A stretch of 64,000 nucleotides of DNA from Candidatus Alloclostridium intestinigallinarum (GTDB lineage: Bacteria > Bacillota > Clostridia > Christensenellales > UBA3700): assembly GCA_904393845.1 (NCBI GenBank), contig CAJFNB010000001.1, positions 16,341 through 80,340 of the forward strand, read 5' to 3'. Below, piece after piece: positions 38,395-47,078 of this stretch. A model generated the notes under the pieces. It saw only the letters and a list, made by a program, of their open reading frames with translations, searched no databases and was not told the DNA's origin. Numbering within the stretch: the stretch's first letter is position 1; each line of letters starts with the position of its first letter. The position numbers and the translations under genes are program-made.

Positions 38395-38916
38395 ATGAGA
38401 GAACCTGATGTTTGGAGTAAAACATTGCTTACAACCTACTACTATCTTCCGAAAGCGGTCAAGTCCGCTGAGGTGAAGATAACTAACTATCCTTTTACAC
38501 AAGGGACAGTATTCCAGGACGCCGTGACGGTATGCAAAACAATACAGCGTTTAACGGACAACAGAAATGCGCTCATTAACGCAAAAATAATCGTTGATAG
38601 CATAATGGATAAACTACCAAAGACATACCGAGATTTTTTATATCTAAGATACATAAAACACACTCCTTTTGAAGAAGTAGCATCCTTTCTCGGAATAAGC
38701 CGTTCTACCGCTTACAGGAAAAACAATGAAGCGGTTGCTGCTTTTGCCTCAATTCTTGAAAATTCTTACAAGGAAGCAGAATATTTCTGTAATGTATTTG
38801 AAGCTCACCCGTTTTTGGGGGAGGCATACAGAATCATCCGCGACAATGAAAGACGTCAGCGCTTAATGAACAGACAAAGGGTTGTGGATGGAAAACCGAC
38901 CGATATCGCAAAATAA
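38395..38916 (+). CDS. sigma-70 region 4-type HTH regulator (ArpU/RinA-like late activator candidate)
   Basis: RBS AAGGAGG. LPKTYRDFLYLRYIKHTPFEEVASFLGISRSTAYRKNNEAV is a region-4-like HTH. It is a stand-alone gene between the early and late arms. Confidence 0.55.
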   Translation: MREPDVWSKTLLTTYYYLPKAVKSAEVKITNYPFTQGTVFQDAVTVCKTIQRLTDNRNALINAKIIVDSIMDKLPKTYRDFLYLRYIKHTPFEEVASFLGISRSTAYRKNNEAVAAFASILENSYKEAEYFCNVFEAHPFLGEAYRIIRDNERRQRLMNRQRVVDGKPTDIAK

Positions 38917-38920
38917 GTCG

Positions 38921-38968
38921 AAAAAAAAGGCAGCTGCGATTTCGCAAACTGCCTGTAAAAAAAATTCT
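38921..38968. terminator. bidirectional terminator between convergent arms
   Basis: GGCAG...CTGCC stem with inner TGCGA/TCGCA (38929-38953), flanked by A8 upstream and A8 downstream. Confidence 0.6.
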
Positions 38969-39010
38969 CCGCGCCAATCGGCGCAATCCCACAATAATAT
39001 TTGCCAGTGA

Positions 39011-39047
39011 AAACGCCGCAGGAGGTTATATCCTACGGCGTTTTTTT
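39011..39047. terminator. rho-independent terminator
   Basis: AAACGCCG...CGGCGTTT stem with inner AGGA/TCCT, followed by TTTTTTT (39041-39047). Confidence 0.7.
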
Positions 39048-39088
39048 ATTTCCTCGCCACCGCGCGTCCGCGCAATGCCGCTTATTGT

Positions 39089-39538
39089 TTATACTTCGCA
39101 AGTATAGTCATCATCCGGGAAAAATTTTTCTCCCAGATCGGTAGCCTGTCCCTCAAACCAGATAGAGTCATAGGGAGGTAATTCTTTTTTCTTTTTAACC
39201 TTAATCATATACTCCCTGTACCAATATCTTATCATCGAAGGTATACTTACTATAAATGGCATAACAAACCCGAATACTGTATTCTGGATTCCGTGGCCTG
39301 CTTCATGTTGTTTGACGTGTAAAGTGGGGTTTTCGCTTGTGAACATAAACCCTCCGAGGCTGAATCCGCCCCATCCTTCACCTATTTCGAATCGAATCAT
39401 ACAATGAAAGCGACGCGGTTTATATCCGAATATCATCAAAAATACCGCTATCACAAGCCCCAGCAACGTCAATGGCAACCCCCACGTTAACGAGAGCGTC
39501 CAGAATAACACCGGGTTAATCTTCTCATTTTTGTTCAT
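39089..39538 (-). CDS. membrane protein with HExxH motif (DUF3267-like putative zincin)
   Basis: TM helices; KQHEAGHGIQN motif. Last gene of the late arm; overlaps the holin-like gene by 14 nt. Confidence 0.5.
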   Translation of the reverse strand: MNKNEKINPVLFWTLSLTWGLPLTLLGLVIAVFLMIFGYKPRRFHCMIRFEIGEGWGGFSLGGFMFTSENPTLHVKQHEAGHGIQNTVFGFVMPFIVSIPSMIRYWYREYMIKVKKKKELPPYDSIWFEGQATDLGEKFFPDDDYTCEV

Positions 39539-39854
39539 CTTCCGTCTCCTTCTTAGCTTGTTCTTCTTGCGCCTTTTTAATTGCGTAACTTTTCACGCTT
39601 GCAAAAATTTGTTCAACAAGTGAATCTAAAACAGCGGTAGTGAAAAACGGCTTCAATACTTTGGGAACTAATTTCTTTAACTGTTCAATAACCTCAGCCT
39701 TTTTCTCTTCTCCTGCCTTACCATCTATTTCCACGTTATCTATCCCGGCAGCTATCTGTGCGGTTATCTTGTTTTTTATGTAGAAATAGTACGACACAAA
39801 CGTGCCTATAATCGTTAAAATTGCAAACACTATCGACAAAATTGTTTCTAACAT
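39525..39854 (-). CDS. holin-like protein (LL-H-type architecture)
   Basis: RBS AAGGAGG. Single N-terminal TM helix followed by a charged helical tail (GEEKKAEVIEQLKKLVPK), at the end of the tail-fibre region. Confidence 0.45.
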   Translation of the reverse strand: MLETILSIVFAILTIIGTFVSYYFYIKNKITAQIAAGIDNVEIDGKAGEEKKAEVIEQLKKLVPKVLKPFFTTAVLDSLVEQIFASVKSYAIKKAQEEQAKKETEDEQK

Positions 39855-39997
39855 AGTTTCCTCCTTATCACATAATATATTTCTTAGTGATATGTTCCTT
39901 GAATTCCCTTATGCGAATATCTCTTTCGCTTTCAAGAGTAGCTGGAGACCCTTGTATACAATAGCCGCCAACAGGAAGCCATCCGAGACGGGAAAAT

Positions 39998-40165
39998 TCA
40001 GGTTTTTAATGCGTCGGGGGCAATATCTCCTATTCCGGTTTGAAAAGAGAATGTCTTCACCTCTCCATTTGATAGTTTCATTCCGACTAAATAAGTATGT
40101 GGTGCCCCGTCCACGGTGAAGTTGCCAGCATCGATTTCCCTACCATCGGACAAGTGAAATTTCAT
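39998..40165 (-). CDS. orphan fibre N-terminal module (55 aa)
   Basis: MKFHLSDGREIDAGNFTVDG parallels KFALSDGQEIDAGNITVDD of the LRR protein. Start taken at ATG 40165, coupled (ATGA) to a 31-codon upstream micro-ORF behind GGAGGG. Confidence 0.4.
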   Translation of the reverse strand: MKFHLSDGREIDAGNFTVDGAPHTYLVGMKLSNGEVKTFSFQTGIGDIAPDALKT

Positions 40166-40269
40166 ATTATACTCTCCCCGTTCACTTGAGATTTCCAACA
40201 AAACCTCCGCGACGAGGTTATCCAGCTTGCCTGCCTGTAAAAGTCCGTGAATGCCATTGTCTACCCTCC

Positions 40270-41382
40270 TTAGCTGTCCGCCTTGCTTATATCGCCGTCG
40301 GTGCAGTGAACAGTATAATTGCCTGTATTTGAATTCCAGCTATATACCTTACTTATTCCCTGCCATTGTGACTGTGTTCCCGCATAGTTTATGCTTGTCA
40401 ACCTTGTGCAGCCGTATAATGCATACTTGCCTATACTTGTTACGCTGTCGGGTATGGTTATACTTGTCAAGCCACTGCAATAGGAGAATGCCCATTCTCC
40501 TATGCTTGTTACGCTACCGGGTATAGTTATACTTGTTAAACCACTGCAACCGGAGAATGCATCATTTCCTATGCTTGTTACACTTCCATCATCAGGAATT
40601 ACACTGTTTTGACAACCTGATATAAGCGTTTTGCTTGCCGTTTCTATTATACAATTTCCCGAACTATGATATATCGGATTGTCCTGTGCTACAATTATAC
40701 TTGTCAAACCGCTGCAATTGTAGAATACATTACTTCCTATGCTTGTTACGCCGCTCGGGATTGTTATGCTCGTCAGTCCGGTGCAATTTTGGAATGCACT
40801 GCTTCCTATACTTGTTACACTATCGGGTATGGTTATGCTTGTTAAGCTACTGCAATTGTAGAATGTGCTACTTCTTATACTTGTGACGCTGTCGGGTATG
40901 GTTATACTTGTCAAGCCACTGCAATCTCGGAACGCACTGCTTCCTATACTGGTTACGCTATCCGGTATAGTTATGCTTGTCAAGCCGGTGCAACCACGGA
41001 ATGCACTGCTTCCTATATTTGTTACAGGCTTTGCGTTGTGTTCGGTAGGTATTACTATTTCATTTAATGTTTTGCCGTGATCAGTAAGCCCTGTTACTGT
41101 CGCCGCCGCGTTGGTTTCCGAAAAAGTAAAAATTTCAGGCGGGGCTGTAACTGGTGTTGTAATTATTCCCGCATTTATCGTGCTTCCGTCCGAAAGCGTT
41201 AGCTTCAAATCATAGGAATGCTCCGCGTCGTCAACCGTTATATTACCTGCGTCAATCTCCTGCCCGTCCGAAAGCGCAAACTTCACCTTGTACGTGCCTT
41301 CTATATCGGGAATAACAAAAGAAACGGTTTCACTCGTACCGTCCGACTTTGTAATATTGAGTTGATACGATTTTGTCGCCAT
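40270..41382 (-). CDS. BspA-type leucine-rich-repeat protein (receptor-binding candidate)
   Basis: About 7 repeats of SAFxxCxGLTSITIPDSVTSIGS, preceded by the fibre-type N-terminal module. Confidence 0.75.
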   Translation of the reverse strand: MATKSYQLNITKSDGTSETVSFVIPDIEGTYKVKFALSDGQEIDAGNITVDDAEHSYDLKLTLSDGSTINAGIITTPVTAPPEIFTFSETNAAATVTGLTDHGKTLNEIVIPTEHNAKPVTNIGSSAFRGCTGLTSITIPDSVTSIGSSAFRDCSGLTSITIPDSVTSIRSSTFYNCSSLTSITIPDSVTSIGSSAFQNCTGLTSITIPSGVTSIGSNVFYNCSGLTSIIVAQDNPIYHSSGNCIIETASKTLISGCQNSVIPDDGSVTSIGNDAFSGCSGLTSITIPGSVTSIGEWAFSYCSGLTSITIPDSVTSIGKYALYGCTRLTSINYAGTQSQWQGISKVYSWNSNTGNYTVHCTDGDISKADS

Positions 41383-41385
41383 TTA

Positions 41386-41532
41386 CTATTCCCCCGTAAC
41401 CGCCGTAAGAGTTACTCCCGTAATGCTTACGCCGTCGTCGCCCTTATCCCCGGCTGGTACTATAAATTCCCCAGCGGGAATTTCTGTACCATCTGTGAGT
41501 GTAATTTGTATAGAATAAACTTTATCAGCCAT
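41386..41532 (-). CDS. 48-aa fibre adapter-like protein
   Basis: ATG 41532 behind AAGGAGA. MADKVYSIQITLTDGTEIPAGEFIVPAGDKGDDG matches the N-terminus of the 162-aa protein. The longer track ORF (to 41742) overlaps the upstream gene and was rejected. Confidence 0.55.
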   Translation of the reverse strand: MADKVYSIQITLTDGTEIPAGEFIVPAGDKGDDGVSITGVTLTAVTGE

Positions 41533-41569
41533 GTTTTTTTCTCCTTTTTTTCTCAAATATTTTAATCTG

Positions 41570-42574
41570 TTACCAGTGGATAATAATTCTCCCGTTCGCT
41601 CCGCGACCTCCGTTTGACGAGCTCCCCAGATTACGATAGCCGCCTCCACCTCCGGCACCTCCCGCAGTGCTAGGGGCATCTCCTCCATTTCTGCTTGAAC
41701 TCGTACCATCTTCGCCACCTCTGCCAAATTGGCTGCAAGCACCTGTTCCTGCGCCAGATAAACTTCCTTTTACCTCGTAACCGCCACGATTGATGCGATA
41801 ATCATCTCCCTCTGTGGGATACCCAACAAATACAGAGATGGCATCGCTTTCTGTGCCGCCATCCACGACGCCTCTGCCTCCGGTGTAACCATCCGCCTGG
41901 TACAAAGCAACAAACGCAGACGGAATGGTCACTGTTCCACCATTACCGGCGGTACCATCGCTAGCACCGTGACCACCGCCACAGATAAGACTTTCCCCTC
42001 CGATTTGAAGAGAAGAATTACCTCCCGATTTCCCAGTTCCTCGATACGTTCCACCGGTTGCTCCTTCGCCGCCTCTACCTATCACACAATAAAGCGTATT
42101 GTTTTCTCCTCTAAAGGTTTTAAAATCAACCGCAGTCACAGCATAGCCGCCACTGCCGCCGCCGACCCCGCATAATAAGGAGGTACCGCCGGAACCTCCG
42201 CCACCGCCGCCTATTATTTCAAATATCAATATGTCTTGAGTGCTCGGTATTTCCGGTATCAAAGTATCTCCTGATGAGTTGCGCGTATAGTACTCCCCGT
42301 TCTCGCTCCTGTATATCCATATGGCTCCATAGCCAGAAAAAAATTTGGAAGAAAGGTCATAACTATTTGTAAATGTAGGGCGGCCGCCTTTTCTACAAAA
42401 CATCACGGGCGCGTCATTTTTTTGAACTTTTTCAACAGAGACATTCGTAAAATCTAAGAAAGGTTTTATATATTCGTAGTTTGAAAAAGCTCTTGATCGA
42501 GGGTCGGTTTTATCTGTCGCCACTTCCAAATCATATGCTTCGGCAATATCCGTTCCGTTTATTTTTAGCGGCAT
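41570..42574 (-). CDS. glycine-rich adhesin-like tail protein (paralog 2)
   Basis: N-terminus is homologous to 43111..44886. Runs such as IIGGGGGGSGG, CGGGHG, GGAGGGGGY are typical of Gly_rich-type domains. Confidence 0.65.
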   Translation of the reverse strand: MPLKINGTDIAEAYDLEVATDKTDPRSRAFSNYEYIKPFLDFTNVSVEKVQKNDAPVMFCRKGGRPTFTNSYDLSSKFFSGYGAIWIYRSENGEYYTRNSSGDTLIPEIPSTQDILIFEIIGGGGGGSGGTSLLCGVGGGSGGYAVTAVDFKTFRGENNTLYCVIGRGGEGATGGTYRGTGKSGGNSSLQIGGESLICGGGHGASDGTAGNGGTVTIPSAFVALYQADGYTGGRGVVDGGTESDAISVFVGYPTEGDDYRINRGGYEVKGSLSGAGTGACSQFGRGGEDGTSSSRNGGDAPSTAGGAGGGGGYRNLGSSSNGGRGANGRIIIHW

Positions 42575-42576
42575 AA

Positions 42577-43065
42577 TTACTCCTCCACCATGTTAATCGA
42601 CGGAGCTTCAATTTCCGCGCTAAATCTAATTTTCCCGTCAACTATTTGAAAATGCTCCGCGACGAACAGTAGTTGCTGTATCTGCTCATGTGTTAAAGCA
42701 GGCAAGTATCCGTCGGGGGTTATCGTTCCCTCTTTTACCGCTACGTCTTGAATTCCTACACCTTTTATATTTTGCCCTTCAGGATTTGGTTTTCCGCCAT
42801 CATTTGTCCACGAAATATTTCCGTCCGCATCCACCGAGGGAGTAAATGTCGTTCCCGTGTCGCCTTTCACACCTTTTATGTTCCGCGCCGCTGGATTTTG
42901 TTTACCCCCATCGTTCGTCCAAGAAAGGGTACCGTCTTCGCTCACGGAAGGGGTGAATGTTGTACCCGTGTCACCTTTGTCTCCGGCGGGGACAACAATA
43001 CTTCCGGAATCGACTGACGTGCCGTCTGTTAACGTAGCCGTAAGTTTGTATATTCTGTCTGCCAT
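42577..43065 (-). CDS. short tail fibre with tandem ~36-aa repeats
   Basis: GDKGDTGTTFTPSVSEDGTLSWTNDGGKQNP is repeated. The C-terminal module EQIQ...DGKIRFSAEIEAPSIN is shared with the 572-aa fibre. Confidence 0.65.
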   Translation of the reverse strand: MADRIYKLTATLTDGTSVDSGSIVVPAGDKGDTGTTFTPSVSEDGTLSWTNDGGKQNPAARNIKGVKGDTGTTFTPSVDADGNISWTNDGGKPNPEGQNIKGVGIQDVAVKEGTITPDGYLPALTHEQIQQLLFVAEHFQIVDGKIRFSAEIEAPSINMVEE

Positions 43066-43110
43066 TCCTTTTCCTCCTATTTTTTTTGTTAATTAATAGT
43101 AAATATTTTA

Positions 43111-44886
43111 TTAAACACAAAAACAGTAACTTATCCTCGTATCACTAGAGGGCGAAGAACTGCTCATGTGTCCCTGCGGATCGACGATTGAATATTGGTT
43201 TTTAAATAAAGTATCGCATGAACGAAGCCACCAAGAACTCGCTCGACTCTCATCATTAGACAAATATTTTATCCTATCTTTATAATTATTTCCATCTTTA
43301 ACACTTCTCCAATACTCATATTGTTCTCCTTCAGCTAGGTACGGGCTAGTGTTATCTTTTTCCTCAATCTCTGCCTCCGCAAGCAACCAAAGCTTGTCTG
43401 AAGATATTACAATATCTGTACTTCCCAACCCTTCCATCGCTCTTTTATTAACTGGTTTAATGACTTTTTGTAAATCGGCTGGAAGTTCTAAAAACAGCGC
43501 AGGCATCGTATAATTGCGCATATAACTTCTATCCCACCCCCAACAAGTAGAGGAAGACTCCATTTTATATTCCGTCGTAAGCAAATTTTTCATACCAATG
43601 GTTATTTTCGCTTTTCCGCTACTATTAGATAGGTCATCGTGGTCAAACCCTAAAATCACAAGTGTTATCTTTTCCCCTGTACTCAAAGTAATAGTTTTTT
43701 CATCCCCCACTGAGAAGAAAACACTCGCCTTGCCCACACTTGCAATATTGTCAATTTCTGTCCATGAAGCATTTGAAAATGTAATAGGCTCAATCGGCTC
43801 CGTATAGACGATAATCTTTGGACGTCCACCATTACCGCCATTAGACTGACTGAAGGCTTTCCCATGTCCCCCTCCACCGCCTGCGCCATTTGCATTGATA
43901 TCTGCGTCACCGCCATCATAGCCATTGTTGGTCTTGCCCTCAATCCCCCCATTACCAAACTGGCTGGGGGCGCCAGAGCTTGCGCCTCCTCCCTCGGTAA
44001 CGCCATTGAATCCGCCACGAGTCAATTTATACTCATCTCCTTCATTTTCGAAACCAACAATTAAAGTATTCTGGGGACAGGTAATAGTGCTTGCACTAAC
44101 TCCACCATTTGCAGACAAACCGTTTGTATAATAAAGAACTGATATTGCTTCTGGTAGGTCATCGGAGATATTGATTGTACCACCACTTCCTACGTCGCCC
44201 GCGTTAGCTCCTTTTCCGCCTCGACAAGTTATTACAATTTTTTCTTTTCCACTTTCTTCGTAGACAACTTCCACATCACGCCCACTAGTCGCAGAGCCGC
44301 GATTAGATGCACCTATTCCACCATAGTCGGAACTGCTTGGCGAATCATTGAGCGGTTTTATACGTACTCTTACTTTTGCATAACTATAAGTTCCACCACT
44401 TTCGTTATATGGTAGTTCCTCAGTATTGACCATGATTACTGCATATGCTCCGGCGCCGCCACCAACACCAGCCAGTATTGCGCCGCCACCGGTACCCCCT
44501 CCGCCACCGGCTACCATTTCAATAATATAACAAGTTGAGGCACTTTCCGTTGTTTCCCCGTTGTTCGTAGACCAAACTGATAAGAAGTTCGTAGTGGGAG
44601 TTTTAGTGTCAGGCTTGGAAAATACGATATTCCATTCTTGAACATCTTCGCTCGGAGGCGGGGCAGGTGCATACGATATCACCTCTGTAAAACTTGGTCT
44701 TCCACCTTTTGTGCAAAAGGTCATAGGCGTGCCGTTATTTTTAAATTCGGGAATTTGAATCTTCGTACTTTCGAAAAATGGTTTTATATATTTATGATTC
44801 AAATATGCTCTTTCCCTTGTATCCCCTTCGCTCGCAACCTCCAGCATATATTTTGTTTCAATATCTTCTCCATTTATTTTAAACAT
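43111..44886 (-). CDS. glycine-rich adhesin-like tail protein (paralog 1) with extra C-terminal WWLRS domain
   Basis: MFKINGEDIE... is homologous to paralog 2. MVAGGGGGTGGG, NGAGGGGGHG. The C-terminal ~225 aa with SSWWLRS resembles DUF6273. Confidence 0.65.
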   Translation of the reverse strand: MFKINGEDIETKYMLEVASEGDTRERAYLNHKYIKPFFESTKIQIPEFKNNGTPMTFCTKGGRPSFTEVISYAPAPPPSEDVQEWNIVFSKPDTKTPTTNFLSVWSTNNGETTESASTCYIIEMVAGGGGGTGGGAILAGVGGGAGAYAVIMVNTEELPYNESGGTYSYAKVRVRIKPLNDSPSSSDYGGIGASNRGSATSGRDVEVVYEESGKEKIVITCRGGKGANAGDVGSGGTINISDDLPEAISVLYYTNGLSANGGVSASTITCPQNTLIVGFENEGDEYKLTRGGFNGVTEGGGASSGAPSQFGNGGIEGKTNNGYDGGDADINANGAGGGGGHGKAFSQSNGGNGGRPKIIVYTEPIEPITFSNASWTEIDNIASVGKASVFFSVGDEKTITLSTGEKITLVILGFDHDDLSNSSGKAKITIGMKNLLTTEYKMESSSTCWGWDRSYMRNYTMPALFLELPADLQKVIKPVNKRAMEGLGSTDIVISSDKLWLLAEAEIEEKDNTSPYLAEGEQYEYWRSVKDGNNYKDRIKYLSNDESRASSWWLRSCDTLFKNQYSIVDPQGHMSSSSPSSDTRISYCFCV

Positions 44887-44891
44887 TGTGC

Positions 44892-46610
44892 TTACTCCGT
44901 TGCTGCATTGAAGCTAGGTGCTTCCAGTTCTACCGCAAAAATAACTTTGCCGTCGGTCACTGTCATATTCTGCGCGAGATATTGGAACATCTGAATTTGT
45001 TCGGGGGTTAAACCAGGTTCTCCTGCCGCTCCTGGGTCGCCTTTGTCCCCCTTTTGTCCTTTTTCGGTAAAAAGTCCCCAGTGCTGTACGTCCGCATCCG
45101 GTGTTTCCATACCGTTGGATATGTCTGCTATGCAGCAATAACTGTTACCATCATATTCAACTACATCATTTATGACATATTGACCAGTTCCGCTTGTCCA
45201 TGTACCCAAGAATGAGAAACCTTTGCCGTCCTTTCCGGGCTCACCTGGTTGTCCTGGAGCGCCGGGAGCACCTGGTTGTCCTGGAGCGCCGGGGTCGCCT
45301 TTTTCACCATTTTTTGCCTTGATTTCGACAGTAGAAGAACTTCCATCAGTTTTGTTGAATTTCGCCTTGGTTACCATATATTCCCCGTCAGTCGATGTTT
45401 CTTCTACGATAACGTCTGTAATGCCGACACCATCGCCACCATCTTGCCCAGGGGCACCTTGCTCTCCTCTTGATGGTTTCCCCGTATCTTCTCCGTCAAT
45501 AAACCAGTTTCCGTTCTCGCCTATTTCCGGCGCATTTTTTGTGGCAACTTCTCCCCATTCAAAGTCGTAATCTTCATCGCTTTTCTTTACAAGCGCTTCC
45601 CCTACATTTCCACCAGGAGGGATAATTTCCCCTTTGCCGGGAACAGCACCTTCCTCTTCAAGCGTCAACGTCTCTACACCCACGCCGTTCTTGGCTTTTA
45701 CTTCGGCTTCCTGGGAATTCCCGTCTTCAAAGTTGAATGTGATAGGAGTCTTCGTAAATCCCCCGGCTGTAGAAGAAACGCCACTCTCTACAGATTGTAC
45801 GCCACTCTTACCATTTGTTACAGTGTATGTTATAGCGTCTCCATCATTAAAAGTGATTTCATATGTATCGACTAAGCCTTCAGTATTTTTTTTCACGAGA
45901 CTTGTGATTCCCTTGCCTTTGGGGATTGAGAACTTCAGTTCTATTGTTTTCCCGTCTTCGCTTGCGGTGGTCTCGATTTTAGGGGTACTGCCAGGCGTGA
46001 GTTCCTCTACAACCTCGTCTACTGTTATCTTGATAACAGAAGGTTTGTTTGTATCAACGCCGTTAATAACCCAGTCCCCGTCCTCGGCAATCTCGGGTGC
46101 TATAAGCCCGTTAGCATATTCTTCTAACTTCTTTGCCGTAGCGAGTAATTGCGCCAATATGTTTTGAGCTTCCCCATCGGTTTCCCCCTCATTGTCGGTT
46201 ATATTGGTTGCGGCAACATGTATATAAAACCCTTGGGAAGTCAAAACCTCTACCCCTTCGGAGTCCGTATCGCTTCCGATGTCCGTCTGAAACGCAATGT
46301 TGCATAACACACGACCTTCTTCCTTCAATAGTCCTGCCGGAATAGCTATCGCCGCCTGCGTGTTTTTGGGTTTACTCAGTTCCTCAAAAGCGTAGTTCAC
46401 TAATTCACCGTCCGGCAAAACCGCGTACACTATTGCAGAAGTGTAATTCGATAAGTCTATTTCACCACGGTCATCATATAAGGTTACAAGCAGTATTCGT
46501 GACTTTGCGTCGCCTATCTGCGCTGAAACTACAGACACCGGAGCAACATTATAATCTACCGTAGGCAACCTCAAACACCTCACGGCCTTACCTGTCAAAT
46601 CAACAGACAT
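44892..46610 (-). CDS. BppU-like baseplate/fibre protein with collagen-like repeats
   Basis: N-terminal BppU_N-type pattern (VSAQIGDAKSRILLVTLYDDRGEIDLSNY). G-X-Y runs (GAPGQPGAPGAPGQPGEPGKDG). Confidence 0.7.
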   Translation of the reverse strand: MSVDLTGKAVRCLRLPTVDYNVAPVSVVSAQIGDAKSRILLVTLYDDRGEIDLSNYTSAIVYAVLPDGELVNYAFEELSKPKNTQAAIAIPAGLLKEEGRVLCNIAFQTDIGSDTDSEGVEVLTSQGFYIHVAATNITDNEGETDGEAQNILAQLLATAKKLEEYANGLIAPEIAEDGDWVINGVDTNKPSVIKITVDEVVEELTPGSTPKIETTASEDGKTIELKFSIPKGKGITSLVKKNTEGLVDTYEITFNDGDAITYTVTNGKSGVQSVESGVSSTAGGFTKTPITFNFEDGNSQEAEVKAKNGVGVETLTLEEEGAVPGKGEIIPPGGNVGEALVKKSDEDYDFEWGEVATKNAPEIGENGNWFIDGEDTGKPSRGEQGAPGQDGGDGVGITDVIVEETSTDGEYMVTKAKFNKTDGSSSTVEIKAKNGEKGDPGAPGQPGAPGAPGQPGEPGKDGKGFSFLGTWTSGTGQYVINDVVEYDGNSYCCIADISNGMETPDADVQHWGLFTEKGQKGDKGDPGAAGEPGLTPEQIQMFQYLAQNMTVTDGKVIFAVELEAPSFNAATE

Positions 46611-46613
46611 CCC

Positions 46614-46988
46614 TTAGTCCTCCTTTATGATTGGTTGTAAAGCTATCATCTCTGCCGCAGAAAGCGTCAGAGGCTCTATTTCGTCCAAATTGAGCGCGAT
46701 TTGAGGCGCGTCAACTTGTGTATCGTCTAACTCTTTAATTGCGCTCCTGCAAGCGCTCAGGGCGTCAGGTTTTATTTTGCAACTACCTCCGTCTTCAACA
46801 ATCTTTCCGCCCTCATCTCTCTCGCCATATTCTTCTACAATGGCGCGGAGTTTTTCATTATAAAAATTTTCCTCGTCATCCGTTCCTTTAATTACCTTCA
46901 TCATCTTGTAAGCAAGCCTCGCAGGTACCTGAATTTGTGACTTGGATATAATTATTTTCCTAATTAGAAGTAATTCGTCTAACTTCAT
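46614..46988 (-). CDS. hypothetical tail-module protein
   Basis: Start moved to ATG 46988 (MKLDELLLIRK) behind AAAGGAGA. Lies between Tal and the BppU-like gene. Confidence 0.5.
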   Translation of the reverse strand: MKLDELLLIRKIIISKSQIQVPARLAYKMMKVIKGTDDEENFYNEKLRAIVEEYGERDEGGKIVEDGGSCKIKPDALSACRSAIKELDDTQVDAPQIALNLDEIEPLTLSAAEMIALQPIIKED

Positions 46989-47020
46989 AAATAAAATTCT
47001 CCTTTTATTCCGTTTTGATA

Positions 47021-47049
47021 TTGACAACCTCCGAAAAATGATTTATGAT
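47021..47049 (+). promoter_or_regulatory. near-consensus sigma-70 promoter for the lipoprotein gene
   Basis: TTGACA (47021-47026), 17 nt spacer, TATGAT (47044-47049). Confidence 0.65.
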
Positions 47050-47078
47050 AAACATAAGTTCATTCTTCGGAGGGGATT

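Noticed and set aside
40290-41040. Regular ~66-69 bp periodic DNA repeats that could be mistaken for a CRISPR array or satellite.
   Set aside because: They are in-frame coding repeats of a BspA-type LRR protein (SAFxxCxGLTSITIPDSVTSIGS). There are no unique spacers, no leader and no cas genes.
41386-41742. The 118-aa track ORF overlapping the 3' end of the glycine-rich gene.
   Set aside because: Its first 70 codons overlap 41570..42574 in another frame and look like noise. An internal ATG at 41532 has a strong AAGGAGA RBS, and the product matches the fibre N-module.
44990-45310. Short GC-rich tandem repeats (ggagcgccgggagcacctggttgtcctgg...).
   Set aside because: They encode collagen-like G-X-Y triplets of the 572-aa fibre protein. 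This is not a non-coding microsatellite.
39998-46610. Diversity-generating retroelement targeting the fibre/adhesin genes.
   Set aside because: The window has no reverse transcriptase. I could find no template/variable repeat pair with adenine-specific differences. The repeats seen are intragenic and in-frame.
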